A stretch of 64,000 bases of DNA. It comes from a virus. Taxonomy: Duplodnaviria; Caudoviricetes. Below the pieces are notes generated by a model that saw only the letters and a list, made by a program, of their open reading frames with translations, ran no database searches and was not told where the DNA came from. The stretch covers positions 2,149 to 66,148 of the IMG/VR virus record IMGVR_UViG_3300020404_002009. One strand, given 5' to 3'. The position numbers were made by a program, and so were the translations under genes. Positions 25,303 to 35,237 of this stretch are shown here, piece by piece; position 1 is the first letter of the stretch; each line of letters opens with the position of its first letter.

Positions 25303-26308
25303 ACATCTTTCTCTTTAAATCTATCTTCAGTTTACTTCGTTCTGTTGTTTTCAATATTGATTGTATAGTAAACAACCTGCCATATTTTAACACAGCATCC
25401 GCCACATCGCCAACCGTTTTGTCCCATTCTGGAAAAGCAACACTCCATCCAAATTCTATTGCTTGGTTAATCAGTTTTTCTCCCGGAGCATCTCTGTCTG
25501 GCACCACAATTACTTGTCTGCCTAATGCATCTATTAACTCTCTTTGTGTTTCATTTATCTCCGATCCTAGTATGCTTACACCAGAAACGGTTATTGCATC
25601 AAATGGACCTTCAGTAACTATTACAAACTTTCTTGTCCAGTCCTGTGCATCCATGTTAAACACATATCCTGGTTGCACGTCCGTGTAATATTTTACTTTG
25701 TCAGATTGATCAAATATCCTTCCTGTAAAGCCAACGATATCACCACGCCAGTAAAATGGAATCAATAATCTTCGATCAACGTCCCAATGCCTGTCAGACG
25801 AATACATGAAGTCATACCAATCAGCACCTATGCCTCTTCCTGCTAGATAGTTTAATAAATTATCAATTTTGGTTTGTTGCTCTTTAGTCATTGTTCCTAC
25901 TGTGTACTCTTCCAACCATTCGCCAAGTGATCTTGTTTGTTTTGGCAAGTCTTTTTTCTTGAATGTGACAAATTTTTTCTTTTCGTATTTGACGTCACCT
26001 TCTTCTTCACGCATGGCTTCTATTGCTAATTTACGTATTGTGTCATCGGGTATGCCAATGTATCCCATGAACTGTCTCATCTTGTATGTAAGTTTTCTTC
26101 CTATCACATAACTTGCTTTGTACCCACAGTTGAAACAGTGATAACTGACAGTACCATCTGCACTTGTCATTATTCCACCACGCTTTTTCTTGTCTGCAGT
26201 TTCACCGTTGTGTACACAACAAGGTGCATTGAATGAGATCCATCCAGAAGGAGTTTTTTTCCTACCCGCAGGCAGGCTCGTCAGAATAGTAGATTGGATC
26301 AGGTTCAT
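25295..26308 (-). CDS. DNA primase (T4 gp61/DnaG-like)
   Basis: Zn finger CC.H...HCFNC; TOPRIM EGPFDA and PDRD. Confidence 0.9.
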   Translation of the reverse strand: MNLIQSTILTSLPAGRKKTPSGWISFNAPCCVHNGETADKKKRGGIMTSADGTVSYHCFNCGYKASYVIGRKLTYKMRQFMGYIGIPDDTIRKLAIEAMREEEGDVKYEKKKFVTFKKKDLPKQTRSLGEWLEEYTVGTMTKEQQTKIDNLLNYLAGRGIGADWYDFMYSSDRHWDVDRRLLIPFYWRGDIVGFTGRIFDQSDKVKYYTDVQPGYVFNMDAQDWTRKFVIVTEGPFDAITVSGVSILGSEINETQRELIDALGRQVIVVPDRDAPGEKLINQAIEFGWSVAFPEWDKTVGDVADAVLKYGRLFTIQSILKTTERSKLKIDLKRKMYG

Positions 26309-26315
26309 ACCCTAT

Positions 26316-26344
26316 ATTTTACTGTCTATAAAGGATTTTGTCAA
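26316..26344 (-). promoter_or_regulatory. sigma70 promoter of the primase-helicase operon (leaderless)
   Basis: Minus strand TTGACA-17bp-TAAAAT, ATG 7 nt later. Confidence 0.75.
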
Positions 26345-27137
26345 TCTTTCCAGTGTTGTCTGGAGCCATGGAACTTCCATTGTCCCAACAGAATCTTACC
26401 GAATGGTAAACACCGGTAAAGTTGTAATTCGCAACTTTGGTTTCAGGTAATTCAAAAGTCACAGTGCTTCCAGACTCGCCTTCTAAGGTAATATCAAAAT
26501 AGTCTGATGTTTCTGGATCGCTGGACATAGTTCCTTGGACTTTGAACGAACCTGCAAAGTCTTTAAGGTAAACAGCAATCGTGTGTAATGCTTTGTTATT
26601 GTTGATTCCAGGTTTGCCATCTATTGCACCTGAAGTAAATTCTAGTGGACCGCCCGAAGCAGTGAAACTTGATATTTCTGTGCTTGGAATATGTTCAGGG
26701 TAAGCACCATCCAAAATCTCTATTGTGCCTGCAGATGCGTAACCTGTGTCTGCGTATGTGACTTCTCTGCTTCCATCTGATTTTACTTCACGCACTGCAA
26801 AGTTGTAAAATTTAGCATCTAGTGGTAACAAGTCGCCTTCTGTGATAGTGCAACTAGCATCACCCTTTGTGCTCACAGTAGAGCCATCGTCTAGTATTGT
26901 TAGAGTTTTGGTGATTACGGATTTTTTGGACTCCGTATCAATCACATTCAACTCATAAGTCTTAGAAGTGATATCTTGGGCCTTTTGATCCTCGTTTTTG
27001 AACGTGAATGTAAGGGGATTACTGACCCCTCTGTGTATAGTCAATCGTCTATCGTACACTTCTGAGTTCCTCCCGTGAAAACCATTTACGTAGGATATTA
27101 CCAACTGTGATAGTAAATACCTTGATACTGTTTGCAT
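26319..27137 (-). CDS. Hypothetical, probably virion structural protein
   Basis: Beta-rich, Ser/Thr/Gly-rich; TAAATA 6 nt before ATG. Confidence 0.6.
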   Translation of the reverse strand: MQTVSRYLLSQLVISYVNGFHGRNSEVYDRRLTIHRGVSNPLTFTFKNEDQKAQDITSKTYELNVIDTESKKSVITKTLTILDDGSTVSTKGDASCTITEGDLLPLDAKFYNFAVREVKSDGSREVTYADTGYASAGTIEILDGAYPEHIPSTEISSFTASGGPLEFTSGAIDGKPGINNNKALHTIAVYLKDFAGSFKVQGTMSSDPETSDYFDITLEGESGSTVTFELPETKVANYNFTGVYHSVRFCWDNGSSMAPDNTGKIDKILYRQ

Positions 27138-27169
27138 AATACATATTTAACAGTATTTATAGATAGAGC

Positions 27170-27544
27170 ATGAACGAAATTTTTAAGACTTTAAGGGATA
27201 AATTTCCATTTTTGAGCCTCATTAGAAAGGGCGATTTGGAATATGTTGGTATTGTACAAAATCAAGACGCCAACGTTATCAGTTTTTACGACTATGGTAG
27301 ACTTATGCTACCGCAGGATAAAATGAAATATCTCAAATGTGGGGAAACTTGGTGGCACGAGTCTAATCGCAAATTACCAATTAACATTTTCCTTAAGGGC
27401 GAGTTCCGTTATTTCCGTTCAACGTTGGTAACTCTTAATGCAAAAGATATCGAAATCGTGCATGGACCAACAGTTAAACTTTCGGAAATTTCTAAGAAAC
27501 GGGTAAAGCGGAAAACAATCCAACTAGTTAGAAGACCTATCTAA
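27170..27544 (+). CDS. Hypothetical protein
   Basis: 124-aa ORF with basic C-terminus. Confidence 0.7.
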   Translation: MNEIFKTLRDKFPFLSLIRKGDLEYVGIVQNQDANVISFYDYGRLMLPQDKMKYLKCGETWWHESNRKLPINIFLKGEFRYFRSTLVTLNAKDIEIVHGPTVKLSEISKKRVKRKTIQLVRRPI

Positions 27545-27693
27545 TTTTTTTTCTCAGGAAGTATAGAACCTGTTGTAATATAGTGTAATGTTAAAGGACT
27601 ATCTGGCTGATAGCCATATGGGTCTTTTTTTGAAGCGGAGTTTCTTTTAGTACGTTTTTTGGATTTTTTCTTTTTATATTTTTGATGGTGCAT
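27541..27693 (-). CDS. 50-aa highly basic protein (not in ORF track)
   Basis: MHHQKYKRKKSKKRTKR...ILPEKKN exactly fills the gap between neighbours. Confidence 0.5.
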   Translation of the reverse strand: MHHQKYKKKKSKKRTKRNSASKKDPYGYQPDSPLTLHYITTGSILPEKKN

Positions 27694-28264
27694 CAAAACT
27701 ATATTTAGCTCTGCTGATTAAATTCATCTGCACAACAATGGCCTGTGCATATGCCACAGCGTGTGACTTCTTGAAAAAATATGATCCGTCTGCAGGACGT
27801 ACCCATACTTCGTTTGTTATATCCTTCCACTCCTTGTGCATCAAGTGTCGCTTGGCTGGTCTTATTATTGCTAGTACAGCCGCAAGTTGTTCAATAGTTC
27901 GAGGGCGTAGTGTCGACACAATACTGAAGTGCCCGTTAAGGTGGAAAAGTTTTTCAACTATCTTTTGATCTTCCAACATATCCCAGTCAGGTTCTTGTAT
28001 CATCAATTCAACTAGTTCTTGTTCTGATTTGACTTCTTTGTATATGTTTACATTCAACATGTCTATTTTAAAATATTTTCTTTCTTCCGCTTCCTTGTAA
28101 TCTAGAGAACTGTGTCCTGTCACAGGATGCTCTGGACAAGCATGGAAATAAACTCCTGTCTTATGTTTTTCCATTTTGTCGTCCTTTATTATTGTAGCAG
28201 GTGTGTGCTTGAAAAGTTTCAGCACTCCATCTCTATCGTAAAAATCTATATCTACATCAGGCAT
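27674..28264 (-). CDS. Minimal DnaE-like nucleotidyltransferase core
   Basis: MPDVDIDF, HKTGVY, FKIDML, LAIIRP and FKKSHAVAY motifs in only 196 aa. Confidence 0.8.
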   Translation of the reverse strand: MPDVDIDFYDRDGVLKLFKHTPATIIKDDKMEKHKTGVYFHACPEHPVTGHSSLDYKEAEERKYFKIDMLNVNIYKEVKSEQELVELMIQEPDWDMLEDQKIVEKLFHLNGHFSIVSTLRPRTIEQLAAVLAIIRPAKRHLMHKEWKDITNEVWVRPADGSYFFKKSHAVAYAQAIVVQMNLISRAKYSFDAPSKI

Positions 28265-28497
28265 TAGTGTACACTTCCTTTTTTCTTTTCAGTATATTTT
28301 ATAAAATGTTCTTTGCTACCAGGATCTAGAACGTCAACGACGTCTAGTAATTTTCTGTAACCTTCTGTGTTAAGATAATCCTTATTCATATCGGGCATAA
28401 TCACTCTACCGATCGATCCATCCTCCTTGATAACCACAGCACAATCTCCTTCCTCGAATTTAAGATCATCAGTAATTTCTAATTTTATCTTAGACAA
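28264..28497 (-). CDS. Hypothetical protein
   Basis: Translationally coupled ORF in the replication operon. Confidence 0.65.
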   Translation of the reverse strand: MSKIKLEITDDLKFEEGDCAVVIKEDGSIGRVIMPDMNKDYLNTEGYRKLLDVVDVLDPGSKEHFIKYTEKKKGSVH

Positions 28498-29176
28498 TTT
28501 TGGCCTCCTTTGCTGTGTCCTGCACCAGCATATGATCAGCAGGATAACTTTTCAATTTGCTTGGCCAGAAACTTGGGTTTATAAATCTTTCTATCATTTG
28601 TAATTGTTCGTCGTTAAATGATTTTAACATCCTTTTGCCTGCGTTGCAACCTAGCAACAACCACGGACTTATCTTTCCTTGCTGTATGTGTGCAACTGCT
28701 CTATTTGTATTCACAAGCCTGAAGTAGTCTGACCACTGTGCATTTTGTTCGTTTGCCCAATCCATCATTGTTGCTATACTTCTTTGCAGTGCGGCCTCCA
28801 CTGGTTCCGTCTTGAGTGTGTCTATTAGATATGCTTCGTATAAATCGTCTCTTGCCCAGTGGTCCAATTTAATTTTTGATTGTAAAACATAATCAATATA
28901 TTTTTCTGGATATATTGGGTTGATGTGCATGATATATCTACCAAATTTTACGAATGCGTTATAGTAAGCACTTTTACAAAAGTCGTCGTATGTTTTTACT
29001 TTCGCATTGTGTTGATGTATTTGATAGAATCTTTGGAATACCATAAATGCGTTGACCACCCATTTTTCATCGCGTTGTAGATATCTACGCTTTGGTTCAC
29101 ATAGGTGTACTTGCAAGGTTCTTGCCTTTGCAAATTCCTTGCCACAGTAGGTACATTTATTTTGATTCGATGCCAT
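28490..29176 (-). CDS. Zn-finger-containing hypothetical protein
   Basis: CTYC-x12-HLC at N-terminus. Confidence 0.7.
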   Translation of the reverse strand: MASNQNKCTYCGKEFAKARTLQVHLCEPKRRYLQRDEKWVVNAFMVFQRFYQIHQHNAKVKTYDDFCKSAYYNAFVKFGRYIMHINPIYPEKYIDYVLQSKIKLDHWARDDLYEAYLIDTLKTEPVEAALQRSIATMMDWANEQNAQWSDYFRLVNTNRAVAHIQQGKISPWLLLGCNAGKRMLKSFNDEQLQMIERFINPSFWPSKLKSYPADHMLVQDTAKEAKIV

Positions 29177-29612
29177 GTGCTTCTATTAATTCCTCAAGTT
29201 CTTTATCTGAGATAATTTTGTCTAACACTTCTAAGTCTGCTTCTTTCCAGTTTGGATAAATTTGTTGCAACTGCTTCAGACTTTTATTTGGAACACGCTT
29301 CATTGGTTTGATCCATGGATGGAACTGTTGCTGAAGCGATCCACACATTGCCGTGAGTATCCATAGAAGTTTTTTGTGTTTGCCTAGAGTGAAGCAATGT
29401 TTATTAACACATTCGTTGATCATTTCTACGTAGTGTTCTACATAAAATGGGTCTTTTGAAGATGTGCTTGATACGTATCTCATGAGCATGTAAGGAGAGT
29501 ACAAAGATTTTTCCTTGTCGTCTATCCTGTCAAAGTAATCTTTGTTTCTGAAATCGACTGCCTTGAGTCCGTTCCTAAGATCAAAAAATTTTCTATTTTT
29601 TTCTGCTGGCAT
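29157..29612 (-). CDS. Putative clamp-loader small subunit (gp62-like)
   Basis: YSPYMLMRYVS...MINECVN...HPWIK pattern; replication context. Confidence 0.5.
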   Translation of the reverse strand: MPAEKNRKFFDLRNGLKAVDFRNKDYFDRIDDKEKSLYSPYMLMRYVSSTSSKDPFYVEHYVEMINECVNKHCFTLGKHKKLLWILTAMCGSLQQQFHPWIKPMKRVPNKSLKQLQQIYPNWKEADLEVLDKIISDKELEELIEAHGIESK

Positions 29613-29835
29613 ATTTTAATCCAAATGTTGTACAATCTTTTGGTGTAATAAATGTTAATTTTATTTTGTTGTTCATGTGTTGTAAACCTGAAACTTTATC
29701 ATTTAATTTTGCTTTCCCTAACCAATCAAAGAAATCCATTGCCCATTTACCGTCGTCCATCCACACAGGCGTTCCGTTACTTGTTAACATAATAGGAGCC
29801 TCTATTTTAATTGTTTTTCTACCAGACTGAGCCAT
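29593..29835 (-). CDS. Hypothetical protein
   Basis: Overlapping ORF within the operon. Confidence 0.65.
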   Translation of the reverse strand: MAQSGRKTIKIEAPIMLTSNGTPVWMDDGKWAMDFFDWLGKAKLNDKVSGLQHMNNKIKLTFITPKDCTTFGLKYASRKK

Positions 29836-30322
29836 AATCTACTTGTTCACATTGTCTTGATATATCTTTTACAAAGTAGGCACACATTGGCTTTGGACCA
29901 TCTCGCAATGGAACTGCTAACATCTGTCCTGATTTTATTTTTGGAAAGTACCATTTTACTTCTGTGTATATGTCTACAACATCAATAGGCATAAAGTCCG
30001 GTTTACTACTGCTCAAAGGATTAAACGTAAAAGCATCAAAACCTCTGTCATTCAAACTTGTAATTGGTAGAACGTGCATCTCTGATTGGCCTGCTTCTCC
30101 TATTAACATTTTCCAATCAAGTGGCATTTTAATTTTGTGCTCACCTATTTCAAGAACGGCGGCCGGAGCATTGAAACTTTCTAAGAATATTAATGGTATG
30201 TAAAAGAAATCTGGATTGGCAGGATCTGAGTTGTCCAGAACAGCAAATCGCAATTTCTCATCAACCCATTCAGGTATTCTTTCTAGTGTGTATGTTCTAT
30301 CGTCCAGAGTAAGGATTTTCAT
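29819..30322 (-). CDS. Hypothetical protein downstream of UvsW
   Basis: 167-aa ORF overlapping the helicase end. Confidence 0.7.
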   Translation of the reverse strand: MKILTLDDRTYTLERIPEWVDEKLRFAVLDNSDPANPDFFYIPLIFLESFNAPAAVLEIGEHKIKMPLDWKMLIGEAGQSEMHVLPITSLNDRGFDAFTFNPLSSSKPDFMPIDVVDIYTEVKWYFPKIKSGQMLAVPLRDGPKPMCAYFVKDISRQCEQVDYGSVW

Positions 30323-31766
30323 AATCTATCTTTTCTATATTATACGGGTAATTTGCCTCTTTGTAAAACTTTTTTCTTTGACCGAGGTGTCTTTTTGCAA
30401 ACTTGCAACTGCTGGTTATATCCCATATTTGCACACTATCCTTGTCCTCTGCCTTACGTATACCACGTCCTATCGATTGTATCACACGCACAAATGACTT
30501 GCCCGGTTCTATTAGGACAAGATTAAAAATACGAGGAATATTAATGCCAACAGCGGCAACTCCATATGTGGCAATAATAATTTTATTTTGGCTAGTAGAG
30601 ATTTCATCATATTGTTCCTTTCTGTCTGTATTTTTAGTTGAACCAGATACAAATACTGCGTCCTTTAATTTCTTCTCCAGTATCTCACCTGCACTTATTC
30701 TATCAACAAGTATCAAAGTATTACCTGAAGTTGCTATGCTTTGGATGGTTTGTGCTACCCATGTCATCCGTGTTGTGTCTGTTGTGAGCCATTTTAATTC
30801 TTCGCCATAACTTTTGAACTGCGGGAAATCTTGTGTTTGTAAAACATTAACATGACAGTTTGCCAATACTCCTTTGTCTTGCAATTCACTAGCCTGTATT
30901 CTGTTTGCAACTTCACCTATGCTACATTTAAGTCCCATGAATTCGTAATCTGCTTTTGGCACAGTACCTGTTAGTCCCCAACGTATGCCACAATGTGCAA
31001 ACGGGCCAGTAAGCAATCTCTTTAGGACGTCTGCTTTTGCCATGTGAACTTCATCGATTATTACTGTGTTGATACCTTGTATGGCTTCGAGGAACTCTGT
31101 TGTGTGTTCGTCTTTGGCTTTTTTCTCTAGCACGTTAAGACTTTGCCACGTTGCAATCGTGTTGTATCTTCCAAGTTCTTTCCTATCTCCGTAGTATACT
31201 CCAGTATCCAAATTACATGTAAGAAAATCTTCTTCTGTCTGTGTTACTAAACTTTTGTTAGGGACTATTGTAAGTGTTCGTCCATATGGTTCTACAAGTT
31301 GACACAACGCCGCTGTAATAATTGTTTTACCTGCACCTGTGGCAATCTCCTGTATACACTGTGGATTTTCTATAAACTTGTTTATAGTCTCAACTTGATA
31401 ATCACGAAGTTCTAGTTTTTGTCCTGCACATGGATGATTGTCGGGCCATGTTATGTGTGATAGATAATCTTTATCTACTTTTTTAAATTCAAAATTGTGT
31501 TGCTGTCTCCGATCTTCGAAATCCACATATACGCCGCCGTCTTCTAATATTGGCAATATTTGGTCAACAAGATTTAGATATGTTGTGCCTCCCAGTCCAA
31601 AAAAACTTACTTTGCCGTCCCACCTGCCAAGTTTCACGGCTGGTAGATGTCTAGCGTATGGAATCTCATATTTAAATTTATTGGATAGACGTTTACGCCA
31701 TTCGAGAGACAAGTTCTCAAACTTCACATTTACTTCGTCTTTGATTACTAGTTTACAACTACTCAT
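30297..31766 (-). CDS. uvsW: SF2 DNA helicase UvsW
   Basis: LRDYQ, ATGAGKT, DEVH, GLTGT and QSIGRGIR motifs. Confidence 0.9.
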   Translation of the reverse strand: MSSCKLVIKDEVNVKFENLSLEWRKRLSNKFKYEIPYARHLPAVKLGRWDGKVSFFGLGGTTYLNLVDQILPILEDGGVYVDFEDRRQQHNFEFKKVDKDYLSHITWPDNHPCAGQKLELRDYQVETINKFIENPQCIQEIATGAGKTIITAALCQLVEPYGRTLTIVPNKSLVTQTEEDFLTCNLDTGVYYGDRKELGRYNTIATWQSLNVLEKKAKDEHTTEFLEAIQGINTVIIDEVHMAKADVLKRLLTGPFAHCGIRWGLTGTVPKADYEFMGLKCSIGEVANRIQASELQDKGVLANCHVNVLQTQDFPQFKSYGEELKWLTTDTTRMTWVAQTIQSIATSGNTLILVDRISAGEILEKKLKDAVFVSGSTKNTDRKEQYDEISTSQNKIIIATYGVAAVGINIPRIFNLVLIEPGKSFVRVIQSIGRGIRKAEDKDSVQIWDITSSCKFAKRHLGQRKKFYKEANYPYNIEKIDYENPYSGR

Positions 31767-33113
31767 TTATAATTTTTTAATAACGTTATCATGCCAATCC
31801 CAACTACTAGGTTGGTGATCACTATAATACAACTTTTTAGGAAGATTTTCAAGTAGTCTTTTTAGATTGTCTGTCCCTGTGGCATAATAACCACCGCCTA
31901 AAGCAACTAAAGACGATTGTGGTTGAATCTTACTTTTAATCAGTGCCCGAGGAACTCTGTTTCTCACAAAAATTATTTTGGTATTTTTATCTATGAATTT
32001 GAACTGTTTGCTCATTTGATGTAGTTCGTATAGGTTTTCAAAGAACTCTTGAGACATTTGGTTATTGAGTAAGTAAGTTCTTTCTTGATTAAAACGATCT
32101 AAGTCTTTTTTGAATATAGGTTCTTTCAAGTCAAAACCCCAACTACATTCTTTTAATAAATCTATTCCATACTCTTTGAATGCATTTAGCCATTCCCAGA
32201 ACTCTTCAACTTCCTTAGGTTCCTGTACTTCGCTGTGGCAAGGCATTAGTAGAGGAAAAGCATTCAATTCTATCAATGATTTTACTACTTCCTTTTTGGA
32301 ATATGTTTTAGAATCTATCCAAAGTTTGTGATAATTTTTTTTAGCAATTTTTTTGGCTAGAGGATTTACAGCAGGAAAGTCTAATTGACTTGCATCTATC
32401 CTTAAATTTTTAAGACAGTCTACTTGTTCGATTAAAGATTTATTGGCCATATGTGTTTGCCAATACTCCGCCATCGAATCAGGTGCATGACGGAGTTGCA
32501 CTGACCCATCAATTATTTCTGCGGACGGTACTTTGTAATTGCTTATTGCTTTGTTTACTTCATCGTAATCTTTTAGAATGTCTTTTGTTACAAATTCAAA
32601 ATCATATCTAGCGGCTATAAGGGTGATGTAGTACACAGTAAGATCAGTAAGTTTGAATAGCCATGTTTTAGAATCTCCGTCGTAGGAATAATAGGATGTT
32701 GGCAAGTTACGTTTGTCTTTGATACATCTAATTAATTGTATAACTTTTTTGTTGTAAGGAAATTTTACATGAATGTATGTCTCGTTGTTGTGTGTTACGT
32801 ACTTGATTGTTTTTTCAAAATTTATAACTCTGAATTCTGATTCATATACTGGATTATCTGCAAGATATTTCAGGTCCATCCCGTGTGCTTCAAATTTTGT
32901 GAGATATCTTTTAAAGATCATCAATGCAAGTTTGGCTTGTTTTTCTGTCCAAGCATACTGTGATTCGGCCAGTGATACGATTGTTTGCCTATCCTTTGGA
33001 TGTGGCTTGATTCCCCCTGTATTTCCTATCATACCGGGGTTTGCCCAAAAATAATCATTATATGCTAATATTTTGAGTGCTTCGTTAACTGTTTTTGGCA
33101 AATCTGACTGCAT
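31767..33113 (-). CDS. Hypothetical protein
   Basis: 448-aa ORF abutting uvsW; TTGACT-16-TATAAT upstream (33148-33175). Confidence 0.75.
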   Translation of the reverse strand: MQSDLPKTVNEALKILAYNDYFWANPGMIGNTGGIKPHPKDRQTIVSLAESQYAWTEKQAKLALMIFKRYLTKFEAHGMDLKYLADNPVYESEFRVINFEKTIKYVTHNNETYIHVKFPYNKKVIQLIRCIKDKRNLPTSYYSYDGDSKTWLFKLTDLTVYYITLIAARYDFEFVTKDILKDYDEVNKAISNYKVPSAEIIDGSVQLRHAPDSMAEYWQTHMANKSLIEQVDCLKNLRIDASQLDFPAVNPLAKKIAKKNYHKLWIDSKTYSKKEVVKSLIELNAFPLLMPCHSEVQEPKEVEEFWEWLNAFKEYGIDLLKECSWGFDLKEPIFKKDLDRFNQERTYLLNNQMSQEFFENLYELHQMSKQFKFIDKNTKIIFVRNRVPRALIKSKIQPQSSLVALGGGYYATGTDNLKRLLENLPKKLYYSDHQPSSWDWHDNVIKKL

Positions 33114-33177
33114 TTTCTATCCTGGTAATTTAGATAATTATTAGTATATTATAGCATAATTGGTAATATAGTCAACC

Positions 33178-33654
33178 ATGAAAAAGTACAAAAACAAAAG
33201 TGTAAATGTCAGGAAACAACTTAAAATTAAGTTGGAAAATACTCTGACTAGACATAAAAACATTGCCGGATTCAAACCAACAGAACAACAATTATATCAC
33301 TGGTTTGGTGTGATCAACAGAGGACTTTTCAACAGTAGATTACCAAGAGTACCTTTACATATTAAAAAATTACATAAGGATTGGGGAAGATGTGTGGCAA
33401 ATTGGGACAATAGAAAGACACCCAAAGGCAAATTTGATCAAAGGGTAATACCATATCATATCGAAGTTGAATACTATATCGAATTACACTGCAAATTTCC
33501 TAGGTGGAAAGATTTTATAGAAACACTTGCACACGAAATGGTACATCTATATCAAATGACTTGGCTGAAAGATCCTTATTCAAACCATAACTCTAACTTC
33601 TTTGCTTGGAAAAATAAATTTAAGGTTGCAGGTTTAAACCTGTCCAGGTGCTAA
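33178..33654 (+). CDS. SprT-like zinc metalloprotease
   Basis: TLAHEMVH..Q...H...F motif; INRGLFNSRLP. Confidence 0.8.
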   Translation: MKKYKNKSVNVRKQLKIKLENTLTRHKNIAGFKPTEQQLYHWFGVINRGLFNSRLPRVPLHIKKLHKDWGRCVANWDNRKTPKGKFDQRVIPYHIEVEYYIELHCKFPRWKDFIETLAHEMVHLYQMTWLKDPYSNHNSNFFAWKNKFKVAGLNLSRC

Positions 33655-34371
33655 AACTTTTTCAAATTCAGCGTAACTAATAGTTTTTGTATTGCCCAGG
33701 TCTGTACCTGTTTGTAAATTTTGCATGTATTCGGGAGGATTGTCATGTACAACAACATAATTTACATATGGTCTCATTTTGATCATATCTCTAAATTGTT
33801 TTAACCAACCATCGAATACAGTGTCGTCATTTCGAGGACCATAATTCAACGTGTCTTGATACATGTTGTTTAATTCACCCTTGCCGTACTCTCTGAAATC
33901 ATAACCAATCAGGTAGATGTTTTTATGTCCATGGACACCGGCAGTCCAAAAGGCTGTGTTTCCTGATATCCAGTGTGGATTGTTTGGTATCAAATGTAAA
34001 AGTGGCGGTCCGCCTTTAGGATGTCTGTTGACTTCTATTGAAGGCGCATAGTGTATACATTTTTCGTAAACTTTATCCTTGACCATTGAAAGAGTCATCC
34101 TCATGTCAACACTAAAAATAAAATCTGGCATGAAGTCTCTGTAGAGTGCGTTACAGCCGTAAGTTTGTCCTGTTGCTTTAAGTTTATTGAGATCAAAATT
34201 TTTTCTCGATGGACCATTTCCGATGCAGTAAGCGTTACCTCGCACCTTGGCCTTGACCCGGTCTTCGTAGTAAGCAGTCTCCTGTGTTTTCTTGCCGTTA
34301 CGTATAATCAGATTTGTGTTTACAGTTTCCCCTGTGTACGGCTTCCATTCGATTGGCTCGATCTTATTCAT
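33634..34371 (-). CDS. GNGPS-motif transferase (Maf/MptE/sialyltransferase-like)
   Basis: IGNGPSR, YGCNA, SG and IYLIGYD motifs. Confidence 0.6.
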   Translation of the reverse strand: MNKIEPIEWKPYTGETVNTNLIIRNGKKTQETAYYEDRVKAKVRGNAYCIGNGPSRKNFDLNKLKATGQTYGCNALYRDFMPDFIFSVDMRMTLSMVKDKVYEKCIHYAPSIEVNRHPKGGPPLLHLIPNNPHWISGNTAFWTAGVHGHKNIYLIGYDFREYGKGELNNMYQDTLNYGPRNDDTVFDGWLKQFRDMIKMRPYVNYVVVHDNPPEYMQNLQTGTDLGNTKTISYAEFEKVLAPGQV

Positions 34372-35237
34372 AGATAATTTTTAATAAGTCTTTCTTTAAT
34401 TTTTTTCCATGGTAATCCATTTTCAATTTCGTCTTGAAACCATTCAGTGTATGATAACTTGTTTGCCCATGTTTGTCTATCAGGCATTCTTGGATCATTA
34501 ATATTTTCTAGAGAATGATTACCAACATCGTAACACAGACTGCTTTCAGATACAAAAACAGGAATGCCGTTGATTACTGCCTCCATGGCAGGATTTGAAC
34601 TGTGGTTTACTACTGCCCAAGCATTTTTTAGAGTGTCTTTAAAATTGGTGTCGTCAATTGTGTTGCTGTCCATTACAGGTCTAGTAATTGTTACATTTTT
34701 ATATTTGTTTGTATCCAAACCGACAGGGTTCCTAGGATGAGGTCTAACCTGAATAGGCTTGTTGGTGTGTTTTCTAATTTGCTCTATCTGTTGTTCGAAC
34801 CAAACTTTCATGCTAGGCATACCACTCCACTGCTCGGATGCATCATGTTGTCCTAAAATTATTATGTTGTCACCTGTCTGTTTCCATGGTTTAATGTTGT
34901 GTTTGAATAATGGCCATCTAGTTGCGTCGACTTCTTGATTGGCAAAGTCTGCTCTTCTGTTGACTCCATTTATTCCAATCTTGAAACTTTTATTTCTTCT
35001 AAGTCCTCCTACTTCCAGCACGATCACAGGCTTGTTGGCCTGTCTGTATCGTTTCCATATCTGTCTGTAATTACGCATCCTGCCTAGCCATAACACACTC
35101 CATATTACTGCCACGTCGGCGTTGCTATCTCTGTTGAGTATTACTTCGTCACCTGCGTCTTGCAAACTTTTTATAAACGCATTGAATATAGGCTCCGAAT
35201 TTAATGGCCCGTGCTGTGTCCAAACTTCTAACTTCAT
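34368..35237 (-). CDS. Capsule-biosynthesis (KpsC/KpsS-like) GT-B glycosyltransferase
   Basis: ILGQ..D, VRPHP and VVNHSSNPAMEAVINGIPV motifs. Confidence 0.65.
   Translation of the reverse strand: MKLEVWTQHGPLNSEPIFNAFIKSLQDAGDEVILNRDSNADVAVIWSVLWLGRMRNYRQIWKRYRQANKPVIVLEVGGLRRNKSFKIGINGVNRRADFANQEVDATRWPLFKHNIKPWKQTGDNIIILGQHDASEQWSGMPSMKVWFEQQIEQIRKHTNKPIQVRPHPRNPVGLDTNKYKNVTITRPVMDSNTIDDTNFKDTLKNAWAVVNHSSNPAMEAVINGIPVFVSESSLCYDVGNHSLENINDPRMPDRQTWANKLSYTEWFQDEIENGLPWKKIKERLIKNYL

Noticed and set aside
21441-28264. Split or intein-interrupted dnaE
   Set aside because: Both ORFs carry the same catalytic motifs and no intein termini are visible, so they are paralogues.
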